Position numbers and translations under genes: made by a program
Notes under the pieces: model-generated
What the model was told of the DNA's origin: nothing
The model's input: the letters and a program-made list of their open reading frames with translations, nothing else
Database searches by the model: none
Part shown: in pieces, positions 1-9,141 of the stretch
How the letters are laid out: the number at the start of each line of letters is the position of its first letter
Position numbering within the stretch: position 1 is the first letter of the stretch
Assembly (NCBI GenBank): GCA_002391545.1
Contig: DGFF01000011.1
Span: forward strand, 1 to 51,828
DNA from: Candidatus Fermentithermobacillaceae bacterium UBA3907
GTDB lineage: Bacteria > Bacillota > Sulfobacillia > Fermentithermobacillales > Fermentithermobacillaceae
Reading direction: 5' to 3'
Length of the DNA stretch: 51,828 bases

Positions 1-1139
1 TATGCGTGTGCAGAAATCCTAACCATTTTCATGGGGTAATCAGAAAACGTGACAACTGGAACCTCTATTTTGTACTCGTGAAAAAGAGTATCTTGCACCG
101 GATCAAAATATATGCTGCCCGTTTCATTGCCCCTATCATCAATCGGTGCAAAGGGAACGCATGCCATTGATCCAATCATGTTCTCGGGAGCCACAAGGGA
201 GGTATCCAATCTTTCGCTGAGCATGCGTGCTGCTTCTAGCGCTAAGTTGTGGTTTCGTTCTGCTAGTTCAGGCCAGCCACCTGGGAGAAGAGAGTTCAAA
301 AAATCGATACATTGTGGGATAAGCAAATATGGGGTGTAATCGTCTGTACCTGTCCAATCAAATTCAAGGTGCAAAAGACTCTTGTCTGTTCTGGTTGAGT
401 TCGCTCCATGGCTGGTTACCAGGGGTCTTATCAAATGTCTTCGATCTTCGCGAATGTACAAGAAAGCAGACCCTTTGGGTCCACAGAGCCATTTATGGCA
501 GTTGCCTGTATAGTAGGCCGCAGGTAAACTTCTCATACTAAGGGGGATCATTCCCAAAGCGTGGGCTCCGTCTATGAGCACGTCAATGCCCTGAGCAAAG
601 AGTTGGTCTACTATTTCCTCAATAGGGAAAATTACTGCGGTAGGACTGGTTATGTGGTCAATCAACACCAGTTTGGTTTTGCTTGTTACGGCATTTAGAA
701 CCCTCTCTACCACGGCCGCTTGAGATTCTATAGGCAAAGGTATATCTACAGTTCTTACTATCACGCCGTCTCTTTCAATTAGCGTATTAACGGCATTTCT
801 ACACGCATTGTAGATATGATTGGTTATGACTATTTCATCTCTTGGGGAAAACTTAAGGGATTTAAGCACGGTATTTACACCTGTGGTTGCGTTGGGCACG
901 AATACAATTCCTTCTGGATCTGCATCTATGAAACAAGACAATTCTATTCTAGATTCTTGGAGCATCCTATCTATCTCTCTGTTGAAGAACCGCACTGGTT
1001 GGCTTTCAATGTACAAATGCAGTTCATTTTGGGCATCCACAATTCTTTTGGGTACAGCTCCATAAGATCCGTGGTTCAAAAAAGTGAATGATGGATCTAA
1101 GGGCCATAAGTCTCGAAAAGCGCTAGATTCTGAAGTCAA
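1..1139 (-). CDS. Class V aminotransferase (isopenicillin-N-epimerase / cysteine-desulfurase-like PLP enzyme); 3' end lies beyond the left window edge
   Basis: Absent from the ORF track because it runs off the edge. I checked every minus-strand codon from TTG at 1139 (GGAGGG 9 nt upstream) down to position 3 and found no stop. Translation begins LTSESSAFRDLWPLDPSFTFLNHGSYGAVPKRIVDAQNELH. Later it reads FAQGIDVLIDGAHALGMIPL and the PLP-lysine block GNCHKWLCGPKGSAFLYIRED. Confidence 0.85.
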   Translation of the reverse strand, partial: MTSESSAFRDLWPLDPSFTFLNHGSYGAVPKRIVDAQNELHLYIESQPVRFFNREIDRMLQESRIELSCFIDADPEGIVFVPNATTGVNTVLKSLKFSPRDEIVITNHIYNACRNAVNTLIERDGVIVRTVDIPLPIESQAAVVERVLNAVTSKTKLVLIDHITSPTAVIFPIEEIVDQLFAQGIDVLIDGAHALGMIPLSMRSLPAAYYTGNCHKWLCGPKGSAFLYIREDRRHLIRPLVTSHGANSTRTDKSLLHLEFDWTGTDDYTPYLLIPQCIDFLNSLLPGGWPELAERNHNLALEAARMLSERLDTSLVAPENMIGSMACVPFAPIDDRGNETGSIYFDPVQDTLFHEYKIEVPVVTFSDYPMKMVRISAHA

Positions 1140-1297
1140 TTTGTAAGTACCCTCCCTTTTTGCAGAAACTGAGTATGAAACTTATTGACGAACGATTAGC
1201 TAAGGGGTAATTCGACATGTCAGATTAGAATCCCTTGCGAGACAGTACACGTAGGAGTTCCATGGTATTGTAAGAAACAGCGCACTGGGTTAATATG

Positions 1298-1326
1298 TTG
1301 AAATAGTGCGTTTGATAAGTTAAAAT
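1298..1326 (+). promoter_or_regulatory. Putative sigma-A type promoter for the CNNM-CNNM-YchF-like operon
   Basis: TTGAAA (1298-1303), 17-nt spacer, TAAAAT (1321-1326), about 40 nt upstream of the GTG start at 1368. Confidence 0.45.
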
Positions 1327-1367
1327 ATGTTCAAAGGAGAAAGTAAAGTTTCGGAAGGTGATGATTA

Positions 1368-2660
1368 GTGGACGACCCTGGGGGTAGTACGTACCTTTTA
1401 GCAGCAGTTTGCCTTTTACTCTCAGCGTTTTTTTCCGGATCAGAAACCGCAATTTTCTCGTCAGATGAAGTTCGACTTAAAACGACTTATTCGGGTAATC
1501 GCAGAGCAAAGAGAGTGCTCGAGTTTAAAGATGACCCAGATCATTTCTTATCCGCGGTTCTATTCGGCAATACTCTTGTCAATGTAGTATTTTCTTCATG
1601 TATTGCTTTGATCGCATATTCCTGGTTCCCAAGATCTAAGGGAATTGCCGAATTTGTAAGCACATTACTAGGAACGATGCTTCTGCTTCTGTTTGGAGAG
1701 ATTACTCCTAAATTTCTTGCTGCGTCCAATCCTGAAGGCTTCGCCGTTAGAGTAGCAACTGGAATAAGCTGGCTAAAAACTATTATGACTCCATTTTCCA
1801 GTGCCCTGGTTAATTTCGTCCAACTTTTCTCTCGGTTTCTGCCTGAGGCCGACGAGAACTCAGTAGATTTAGCAGAAGCTAGAGTCATGGCTGCCTTGGA
1901 ATACGGGAGGGCTTCGGGCGCTATAGGTATCGCTGAAACGGAAATCATTACAAATGTGATTGAAACCAGGGAACTTGAAGCTTCTGAAGTAATGGTTCCG
2001 CGGCCCAAGATGGTGGCAATTGAAGAAGACAGAAGCGCCTTGGAGGCTCTGATGCTCATGCTCGAGCATGGATTTTCCCGTATCCCGGTTTATCATGAAT
2101 CAAAGGATAATATAACTGGGATAGTGAATATAAAGGATTTAACCACATTTATTGGTGAACATTCGTACGATTGGGAAGACATCCTTTCAGGTATCCCTAT
2201 AAAGGATTTTGCAGTGCCTCCGTATTTCGTTCCTGAGAGTAAGAAAGTGTCAGATTTGTTATATGAAATGAAGGAATCTGGCGTGCCTATGGCAATTGTT
2301 GTTGATGAATTCGATGGTGTATCGGGCCTGATCACTCTAGAGGACCTCATAGAGGAGTTCGTTGGTGAAATAGAGGACGAATATGACATTGGAGACAAGG
2401 ATTTTGTGCAGTTACACGAGAGGGCCTGGTGTGTGCCTGGAAGTATGAGTCTTACCGATTTTGAGGACCTTACTGGGATTGAAATTGAGAGCGAAGATTG
2501 TGATTCTATTGCTGGCCTTGTAATGATGTGTTTAGATAGAGTCCCGGTTCCAGGCGACGCTTTTTGTCTTTTAAAACCGAAGGTGTGTTTTACTGTGAAG
2601 GAAGTTAGCGGACCTAGAATCACAAAGGTAATTGTGGAATTGGCTGAAGGGGAAGATTAG
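1368..2660 (+). CDS. CNNM/CorC-HlyC family transporter (DUF21 membrane domain + CBS pair + CorC_HlyC C-terminal domain)
   Basis: 430-aa ORF with GTG start. It has the FFSGSETAIFS motif at the end of TM1 and a hydrophobic N-terminal half. A CBS-pair region follows (VMVPRPKMVAIEED ... GFSRIPVY ... MAIVVDEFDGVSGLITLEDLIEE), then a C-terminal transporter-associated domain. Confidence 0.85.
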   Translation: MDDPGGSTYLLAAVCLLLSAFFSGSETAIFSSDEVRLKTTYSGNRRAKRVLEFKDDPDHFLSAVLFGNTLVNVVFSSCIALIAYSWFPRSKGIAEFVSTLLGTMLLLLFGEITPKFLAASNPEGFAVRVATGISWLKTIMTPFSSALVNFVQLFSRFLPEADENSVDLAEARVMAALEYGRASGAIGIAETEIITNVIETRELEASEVMVPRPKMVAIEEDRSALEALMLMLEHGFSRIPVYHESKDNITGIVNIKDLTTFIGEHSYDWEDILSGIPIKDFAVPPYFVPESKKVSDLLYEMKESGVPMAIVVDEFDGVSGLITLEDLIEEFVGEIEDEYDIGDKDFVQLHERAWCVPGSMSLTDFEDLTGIEIESEDCDSIAGLVMMCLDRVPVPGDAFCLLKPKVCFTVKEVSGPRITKVIVELAEGED

Positions 2661-2665
2661 TTACA

Positions 2666-3721
2666 ATGAGTGCAGATTTAATTTCTAACATTATAAGAGG
2701 GATTCTCCTTGTGTTCTCCCTTGTTGTCAGAGCGTTTTTCGCAGGTTCCGAGACCGCTTTTTTGGCCATGGATAAATGGGCTGTCGATAGTTTGGCGAAC
2801 GAAGGAGATGAACGAGCTCTTTTACTGAAGAAAATGAAGGAGAACTCGAAAAACACAGTCTCTGCGCTCTTAGTTGGTACAAATATTTGCACAATATTGT
2901 TTTCTGTGCTTGCAGTTTCTTTATCTTACGCTATCGGCCTTGAAGGTCCTGCTTATCTAGGTCTGGTTTCCTTGCTGACTACTGCAGTCGTGTTTGTGTT
3001 TTCAGATCTTATGCCGAAAACTTTTGCTGCGAAGGCGCCCACGCATGTAGCACTTTCGGTTGCAGTTCCGTTGGATGTTTCATTGAGGATTTTAAGCCCT
3101 GCAGCATATTTGATAGGGGCAGTGCCATCACTTTTGACGTCTCTTTTCTCCAGGAAACGCGGCAAAGTCCCTGATAAACCGCAAGAAGAAGTGTTGACTG
3201 TACTTGATATGGCTGAAGAAAATGGTTATGTGAAGCCTGAGGATAAAGATGTTATCGACAGCATTTTCGATATCAAGGATAAGAAAGTTAAAGATATAAT
3301 GACTCCTTTTGAAAATGTGGTTGCTTTTGAACCATCTACTACGATACTTACGGCGATAGAGTCGTTTAAAGAGCATGGCTATAGTAGGGTACCTGTGGTT
3401 TGTCCTGATACTGGCGAGGTAATGGGGGTGCTTTACATTAAGGATGCAGTGGGAGAAGTTGTAAGGCATCCTGAAAATGGTTCCCTTCCCATTACTTCAA
3501 TAATGCGTGAACCCTATATAGTTAACGCTAGCGACAGTATTTTGAAAGTGCTTTCCAGGCTCAAAAAAGACAAAGTTCACATGGCCATAGTTATGCAAGG
3601 CAGCTCACCTGTGGGCATAGTTACGATGCAAGATTTGATCGAAGAACTAATAGGAGATATATCTGAAGAAGTGCGTTCTCACAATGTTATATTGTTGCAA
3701 TATTCTGGGAGGCTTCAATGA
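2666..3721 (+). CDS. Second CNNM-type membrane protein (DUF21 + CBS pair, no CorC_HlyC tail)
   Basis: 351-aa ORF starting 6 nt after the previous stop. Motifs: FFAGSETAFLA, IMTPFENVVAF, GYSRVPVV, MAIVMQGSSPVGIVTMQDLIEE. Confidence 0.8.
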   Translation: MSADLISNIIRGILLVFSLVVRAFFAGSETAFLAMDKWAVDSLANEGDERALLLKKMKENSKNTVSALLVGTNICTILFSVLAVSLSYAIGLEGPAYLGLVSLLTTAVVFVFSDLMPKTFAAKAPTHVALSVAVPLDVSLRILSPAAYLIGAVPSLLTSLFSRKRGKVPDKPQEEVLTVLDMAEENGYVKPEDKDVIDSIFDIKDKKVKDIMTPFENVVAFEPSTTILTAIESFKEHGYSRVPVVCPDTGEVMGVLYIKDAVGEVVRHPENGSLPITSIMREPYIVNASDSILKVLSRLKKDKVHMAIVMQGSSPVGIVTMQDLIEELIGDISEEVRSHNVILLQYSGRLQ

Positions 3722-4740
3722 AGGTAGGAATAACGGGTAATCCTCAAGTAGGCAAAACAACTCTTTTTAGGCTGCTTACAGGTTCTAGTCCTGGGTCTAG
3801 CTTAAGTAGGGTTGGGGTCATGGAGGTTCCTGATGAGCGATTACCCCAGTTATCTAGGATATTTGAAAGGCCTAAGTCGACGTACGCCAGGATAGACCTG
3901 GTGGATATAATGCACCACAGAGGGCAGGACCTTCTAAATGAGGTCCGCAACTTGGATGCGGTTGTGATTGTTGTAGGCGCTTTTTTAGGTGAAGAGGAGG
4001 TTAAAGAGTCTCTAGATTTTGTGGATTCCCTTGTAACCGATTTCTATGTAGCAGATTTGGTGTCTGTAGAAAATAGACTGGAGAAACTGCAGAGCAAGAA
4101 GACGAAACCTGTAAATCAAATGGAGATTCCTTTCCTTATGAAGTGCAAAAGAGCCCTAGATGAAGATTTGTTGCTCAAAGAAGTAGAATTTGCCCCCCAT
4201 GAGATAGATTTCTTGTCGAGTTTTTCTTTTTACACACTAAAGCCCATAATATTAGCTGTAAACCTGTCTGAAGAACAACTTCTGTCTGGAACCTATCCAG
4301 GCATGAAAGATGTACGTGAATTAGCAGATGCCCAAGGGTATGAGGTAGTTAGATTCTCAGGTGTTCTTGAGGAAGAGATAAGCGCCTTGTCTCCAGAAGA
4401 CGGTTCTTTATTCCTACAAGAATTTGGCCTTGAGGAATCGGGTATTGCAAGACTTGCTAAGGTGACATATAGCGCCCTGGGCCTTATAACGTTCTTTACT
4501 GTAAGCGCAGATGAGGTTAGAGCTTGGAGCATACCGAAGGGCACTACTGTAAAAGAAGCAGCAGGCAAGATTCATACCGATTTGGAACGCGGTTTCATCC
4601 GTGCCGATGTAGTCTCATACCAGGACCTTATTTCGGCAGGATCTTTGAAAGCTTCAAAAGAAAAAGGCCTTCTTCGAGTAGAAGGCAAGGAATATATAGT
4701 GCAAGATGGGGACGTGATAAACGTTAGGTTTAACGTGTAA
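3718..4740 (+). CDS. Divergent YchF-family (DUF933) P-loop NTPase
   Basis: P-loop is GNPQVGKTT. The C-terminal block ITFFTVSADEVRAWSIPKGTTVKEAAGKIHTDLERGFIRADVVSYQDL...EGKEYIVQDGDVINVRFNV matches the YchF C-terminal signature. The start overlaps the upstream stop (ATGA at 3718-3721). Confidence 0.8.
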   Translation: MKVGITGNPQVGKTTLFRLLTGSSPGSSLSRVGVMEVPDERLPQLSRIFERPKSTYARIDLVDIMHHRGQDLLNEVRNLDAVVIVVGAFLGEEEVKESLDFVDSLVTDFYVADLVSVENRLEKLQSKKTKPVNQMEIPFLMKCKRALDEDLLLKEVEFAPHEIDFLSSFSFYTLKPIILAVNLSEEQLLSGTYPGMKDVRELADAQGYEVVRFSGVLEEEISALSPEDGSLFLQEFGLEESGIARLAKVTYSALGLITFFTVSADEVRAWSIPKGTTVKEAAGKIHTDLERGFIRADVVSYQDLISAGSLKASKEKGLLRVEGKEYIVQDGDVINVRFNV

Positions 4741-4747
4741 CCTTTTA

Positions 4748-5956
4748 TCAAATTCCCCCGCAAAGCCCGCAGCTTGCACATGACGGATTTGAGTCTAGAT
4801 ATACTCTTCTGTCGTTTAGAAGCTGATGGCAATTGGCGTTCTTTATTAGCCTAACAGGTATGAGTACTCCGGCTATAATAGTGACTGACCCAATCAGAAT
4901 CGACACTGCATATGCGCTCCATGGTAACGTCATTCCTTGTTCGAGGAATGTGGTGAGGTATCTTCCTCCAAATACTCCCAAAATAATACCTGGTATTCCC
5001 ATGTAAGCCGCCTCCACAAACATCATTCGTGCTAGGTCGGAAGTGGTGCCACCCAAAACGCGCATTATTCCCAAAGGACGTTTACGGTCGAGGAAAGCTA
5101 CTATCAGAACGCAGGTGATAGCTACAGCGGTTGCCATAAGCACTAGTATAGATACTACGTGCATTATCGAAAACGCGCCTTTGGCAGCTTTCTCCAAGGA
5201 AGTTTGTCCCGAAAACGGACTAACTATTATACTAGCTCCATATCGCTTATTTTCAATCTCTGCAAGCACTGTACCTTTGCTGGTTGAAAAACCTTCGTCT
5301 ACTTCCAGTATTACGCCAGGCAAAAAGCCGGGGATGTTCTCTATTGTAGATGGGTTCACTGAAGCCCAACCGTAAAGGGGGGAATGTTCCTCGCTTTGGC
5401 TGCTGTTAACGTTTACATGTTGCCATTGCAATTCTACTAAAGGACCATATTCATTCATATGCCATGCGATTATTTGCGGGTTGGATTCGCCCTTCGTTTG
5501 AGATGGCGATATAGGGAAGAAGAGCTCAATAGTATCATCGGGCAAATCTACACCGTCTCCAAGCAGGTACAGAGGTCCTACAGTGCTTTCCACTTTTAAG
5601 CAAGGCACTTGCGTCACATTTATTTTATGGGAAAGTTGGCGATAGTCGCCTTCCAGAAACGAGTTCAGGGCTCCTTCGCTGCTAAACACCATCAAACCGT
5701 CAAAGGGCAAAGCCCCCTGTTCGACTCGGGCAGTTATAGATTCTACGTTTCTGGCGATGACGGTTGTTACAAGAAAAGAGACAGCGACGCTTATGGTAAC
5801 GGCGATTAAAACGATGACTGCAAAAAAAGGAGTGTAGCGAATTCTTCGGCGAGCTATCAGACTGTACAAAGGGAACAAGTTCGCCTTTTCAGCTTTTATT
5901 TCCATAGCGCCCGCCGGTAATTGGGCTGCGTCTTGCGCTTTAGATGAGCCTGCCAT
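4748..5956 (-). CDS. ABC transporter permease, FtsX/MacB-like (1 TM + large extracytoplasmic domain + 3 C-terminal TMs) with a Cys-rich tail
   Basis: 402-aa ORF with AAAGGAGAG SD 6 nt before the ATG at 5956. Topology is an N-terminal TM ([20 protein letters not shown]), about 200 aa of soluble sequence, then a hydrophobic C-terminal FtsX-like block. It ends [13 protein letters not shown]. Confidence 0.75.
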   Translation of the reverse strand: MAGSSKAQDAAQLPAGAMEIKAEKANLFPLYSLIARRRIRYTPFFAVIVLIAVTISVAVSFLVTTVIARNVESITARVEQGALPFDGLMVFSSEGALNSFLEGDYRQLSHKINVTQVPCLKVESTVGPLYLLGDGVDLPDDTIELFFPISPSQTKGESNPQIIAWHMNEYGPLVELQWQHVNVNSSQSEEHSPLYGWASVNPSTIENIPGFLPGVILEVDEGFSTSKGTVLAEIENKRYGASIIVSPFSGQTSLEKAAKGAFSIMHVVSILVLMATAVAITCVLIVAFLDRKRPLGIMRVLGGTTSDLARMMFVEAAYMGIPGIILGVFGGRYLTTFLEQGMTLPWSAYAVSILIGSVTIIAGVLIPVRLIKNANCHQLLNDRRVYLDSNPSCASCGLCGGI

Positions 5957-6650
5957 ATTTGTCTCTCCTTTCCTCTATTTCGCCGTCTCTCAGTTTTACA
6001 GCAATATCTGCGTACTCCAAAAAAGATGGTTCGTGGGTAGCGACGATAAAAGTTTGGTCTTCTTCTTTATTAAACTTAGAAAAGAGTTCCATTATTTCCC
6101 TAGAGCGAGCTGAATCAAGGTTTCCAGTAGGCTCGTCTGCCAATATTACACTGGGTTTGGTAGCCAGAGCTCTGCAAATGGCAACCCGTTGTTGCTCACC
6201 TCCGCTCAATTCAGATGGATAGTGATTTTGTCTGTCTTCAATGCCTACTGCTTCTAGCAGAAATGAAACTCTCTCTGATACCTCTTTATCGGTATACCCC
6301 GCTAACCGCATAGGGAAACCTATATTCTCTACAGCGGTAAGCTCGGGCAAAAGGTTGAAGAACTGAAACACCATGCCTATTTCGGTCCTTCGCATTATGG
6401 CCAAGTCATCCTCTGAAAGGCGAGAAAATTTTCTGCCCTTTAGAATCACTTCACCATGGCTAGGTCTGTCTATACCCCCGAGAATATTCAAAAGGGTGCT
6501 TTTACCCGACCCTGATGGTCCCATAAGTACAACAAACTGACCTTTTTCAACTTCCAGGTCCACATCTCTTAACGCGAACAAACCATCACCAACAGCATAA
6601 AACTTTGATATTTCATGGCAACTGATAACGGGACCGACCCATTCACTCAC
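5940..6650 (-). CDS. ABC transporter ATP-binding protein (MacB/LolD-type)
   Basis: Walker [13 protein letters not shown], signature [11 protein letters not shown], Walker [12 protein letters not shown]. It overlaps both flanking permease genes. Confidence 0.92.
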   Translation of the reverse strand: MSEWVGPVISCHEISKFYAVGDGLFALRDVDLEVEKGQFVVLMGPSGSGKSTLLNILGGIDRPSHGEVILKGRKFSRLSEDDLAIMRRTEIGMVFQFFNLLPELTAVENIGFPMRLAGYTDKEVSERVSFLLEAVGIEDRQNHYPSELSGGEQQRVAICRALATKPSVILADEPTGNLDSARSREIMELFSKFNKEEDQTFIVATHEPSFLEYADIAVKLRDGEIEERRDKYGRLI

Positions 6651-8103
6651 GCCTTAGCACCTCCGAACATGGTAATTTAGAAGCCCAATATGCGACTGCA
6701 AAGCCAATACCTAATGAAAGGGCTAGAGAAAGCCCAGTGATTATGCCAAAGTCAGTTAATACTTGGATAAACCAGCTCTTAATGGGTATATCCGAACCCA
6801 GAAGCGACACAAGATATATCAAATCGCCAAAGATAGCCCCTGAGCAAGTACCCACGATAGAGATGTACCCGCACATAGTGAGTACATACTGTCTGATATC
6901 CTTGGAGGTGGCTCCTACAACTCGAAACAACCCTATCTTGCGTCTTTGTTGTACCGTAATGATGTATATATTTCCCGCAACTACAATAGAGGAAAATACA
7001 ATTAGAAGTACGGAAAACAGCTTGTGTAGGTCAGGAGGCATTACTACATGGCCTTTTGAGCTTACAGTGTAAATAACTTCAGGTATCGTATACACCCCGT
7101 AATCGCTGCCGAGTGCATTTCTGATAAGGGAAGTAGTCTTTTTGACTTCAGCTACAGTGTCTACTGTTACCGTTATCTGGTACGACGGAAACATTGTGCC
7201 AAATTCAACAAGGTAATGATCATCAACGTTAGAATCTATCTCTCGCATTATGTTTTCAAAAAGGTCCATGGGGATGAGAACTTCGGGTCTATTCCAGAAT
7301 ATCGGTATCGTAGGTGGTTCAGGAGACTCTATCTGGTTCCAGGTTTCATAGTCTATTTCCTCGCCTGTTTGAATCTTGTAACCGCCTTGAACTGATAGAG
7401 AATATTGAGCTACGTTCTTCCAGTTGATGCCCATGTTCAAAGCACCAATGCCACTGGCCGAAATGAATTCTGCTAATGTAGGTTCAGGGAGTACTATCTG
7501 GAACGTGTCGCCAATTCTAAGGTATGGAAAGTTGTCAGCGGCCAATGGGACTAAGGCTTCTTTATGCTGCGTAGCAGTTTCGGAGAAGTGGGTACCGTCT
7601 GTTATGTATGCGTCCAACGGGAACTCAGGACCTTGTTCAAATCCTCTAAGTACAGCTGGAAACTGACCTTCCTTTGTAACGATTAAGCACGGTAAGGATC
7701 TGTAAACGTGGACATTTTTCACATTTGGGATATCCTGTATAGAATCGAGGATCTCTTGAGGAATCATTGCTCGCCACCCGAGGCAAGTTTTTTCAGTGAG
7801 ATAACCTGTGGATTCAATATCAGGAAAATATTGGTCAATGTGGGATTGCCAATCGCTCCCTCGCCAGGCGTGCCACACTAGCGTAGAAGCATCTGATGAT
7901 GATAAAGGGCTGTTGGCTGGAAATATGATTATATCCCCTTGAGAAATTGTACGTTCTGGTCGCGCCATTTCTGCTCCGTAACCCTCTGGGAGGATTCGAA
8001 GGAAAATGATGATTATAGTTGCTATGGCAGTAACTACGACGGCTATCCGTGTTCTAGTGGGATCTCGCCGAATTTCTGTTATAGCAAGTCTTGAGAAATC
8101 CAA
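6643..8103 (-). CDS. ABC transporter permease, FtsX/MacB-like
   Basis: 486-aa ORF with TTG start at 8103, preceded by AGGTGA 6 nt upstream. It has an N-terminal TM, about 330 aa of extracytoplasmic region and a C-terminal FtsX-type 3-TM block. Confidence 0.75.
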   Translation of the reverse strand: MDFSRLAITEIRRDPTRTRIAVVVTAIATIIIIFLRILPEGYGAEMARPERTISQGDIIIFPANSPLSSSDASTLVWHAWRGSDWQSHIDQYFPDIESTGYLTEKTCLGWRAMIPQEILDSIQDIPNVKNVHVYRSLPCLIVTKEGQFPAVLRGFEQGPEFPLDAYITDGTHFSETATQHKEALVPLAADNFPYLRIGDTFQIVLPEPTLAEFISASGIGALNMGINWKNVAQYSLSVQGGYKIQTGEEIDYETWNQIESPEPPTIPIFWNRPEVLIPMDLFENIMREIDSNVDDHYLVEFGTMFPSYQITVTVDTVAEVKKTTSLIRNALGSDYGVYTIPEVIYTVSSKGHVVMPPDLHKLFSVLLIVFSSIVVAGNIYIITVQQRRKIGLFRVVGATSKDIRQYVLTMCGYISIVGTCSGAIFGDLIYLVSLLGSDIPIKSWFIQVLTDFGIITGLSLALSLGIGFAVAYWASKLPCSEVLRRE

Positions 8104-8339
8104 ATATTATCACCTGCCTGGTTTATGTGAAAAGGTGCGTGGTCATATCCAACGTGTTTTCCTATTTTACCATATAGGTCCTCTATATGTGAACATCTGC
8201 CAGCATTTTTCCATATAAATATAACAAGCAGGCCAGGTTATCGCTAATAGATGTGTTGATTTTGCAGGATTGCATCGAAGCGATGTTGAATGATATATAG
8301 AGACGAATCAGACTTTTGAGTGATTGGTGGTACTTGCTA

Positions 8340-9134
8340 ATGCATATCGCTTCTTTATCGAGTTCAAGCACTTGTGGAAACGCGTATGTTGTATGGGAAA
8401 ATTCCAAGAGGCCGCTGCTTATAGATTGTGGTTTGTCAATTACCAGGATTGTAAGTGGGCTGAAAGATCTGGGAATGGTTCCTCAAGATTTGGCAGGAAT
8501 ATTTATAACCCACGAGCATTCAGACCACGTGAGGGCCATGTGCTTAAAGACGCCTTTTCCTCAGAAGTTTCGAATTCCAGTATATGCTTCTCAAGGGTTT
8601 TGGGACTGGTACTACACTTTTCAAAGAAGCCATATCGATGATGAATTAGTTTATTGTGTTAAGGATGGACAGGATACACGTATTGCCGGCTACACGGTGC
8701 AAAGTTTTCTAAAACCCCACGATGCCAGAGAGCCTATGGGATTTAAAGTGAACGGATCCTCTGCAAGCGCTGCGTTTGTCATGGACTTAGGTTATGTGCC
8801 GCCTAAGATTGAGAATTTGCTTATGGGAACCGAATACCTTGTTTTTGAGGCGAACCATGATGTGACCATGGAACTCAATTCTGGCAGGCCCAAGTTTCTT
8901 TTGGATAGGATAATGGGAACCTATGGCCACCTTTCCAATGAAGAAGCTGGTAAGTCTTTACAGAGGATGGTTACTGAAACCACTAAGCGGATCATACTGG
9001 CTCACTTGAGCGTAGACTGCAATTCTCCAGATAAGGCAATTGCGGTTGTGACTGAAAAAATCGAGGAAAGCGGGTTTGCGCCGGAAGTAACTGTTGCCCC
9101 TCCTGGAGCCTTGAGACAGTATGGGGCAAAGTAA
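8340..9134 (+). CDS. MBL-fold metallo-hydrolase
   Basis: HEHSDH metal-binding motif, with a glycine-rich N-terminus (LSSSSTCGNAYVV) where this fold normally starts. The ORF track starts at TTG 8316. I prefer the in-frame ATG at 8340 (MHIASLSSSS...). Confidence 0.8.
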   Translation: MHIASLSSSSTCGNAYVVWENSKRPLLIDCGLSITRIVSGLKDLGMVPQDLAGIFITHEHSDHVRAMCLKTPFPQKFRIPVYASQGFWDWYYTFQRSHIDDELVYCVKDGQDTRIAGYTVQSFLKPHDAREPMGFKVNGSSASAAFVMDLGYVPPKIENLLMGTEYLVFEANHDVTMELNSGRPKFLLDRIMGTYGHLSNEEAGKSLQRMVTETTKRIILAHLSVDCNSPDKAIAVVTEKIEESGFAPEVTVAPPGALRQYGAK

Positions 9135-9141
9135 GCGCCTC

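Noticed and set aside
1541-2623. Long antisense ORFs inside the first CNNM gene (1541-2059, 172 aa; 2093-2623, 176 aa)
   Set aside because: They lie fully inside a gene with clear family motifs on the opposite strand. They have Ser/Thr/Pro/Ile-rich low-information sequence typical of antisense frames, with no SD and no recognisable motif.
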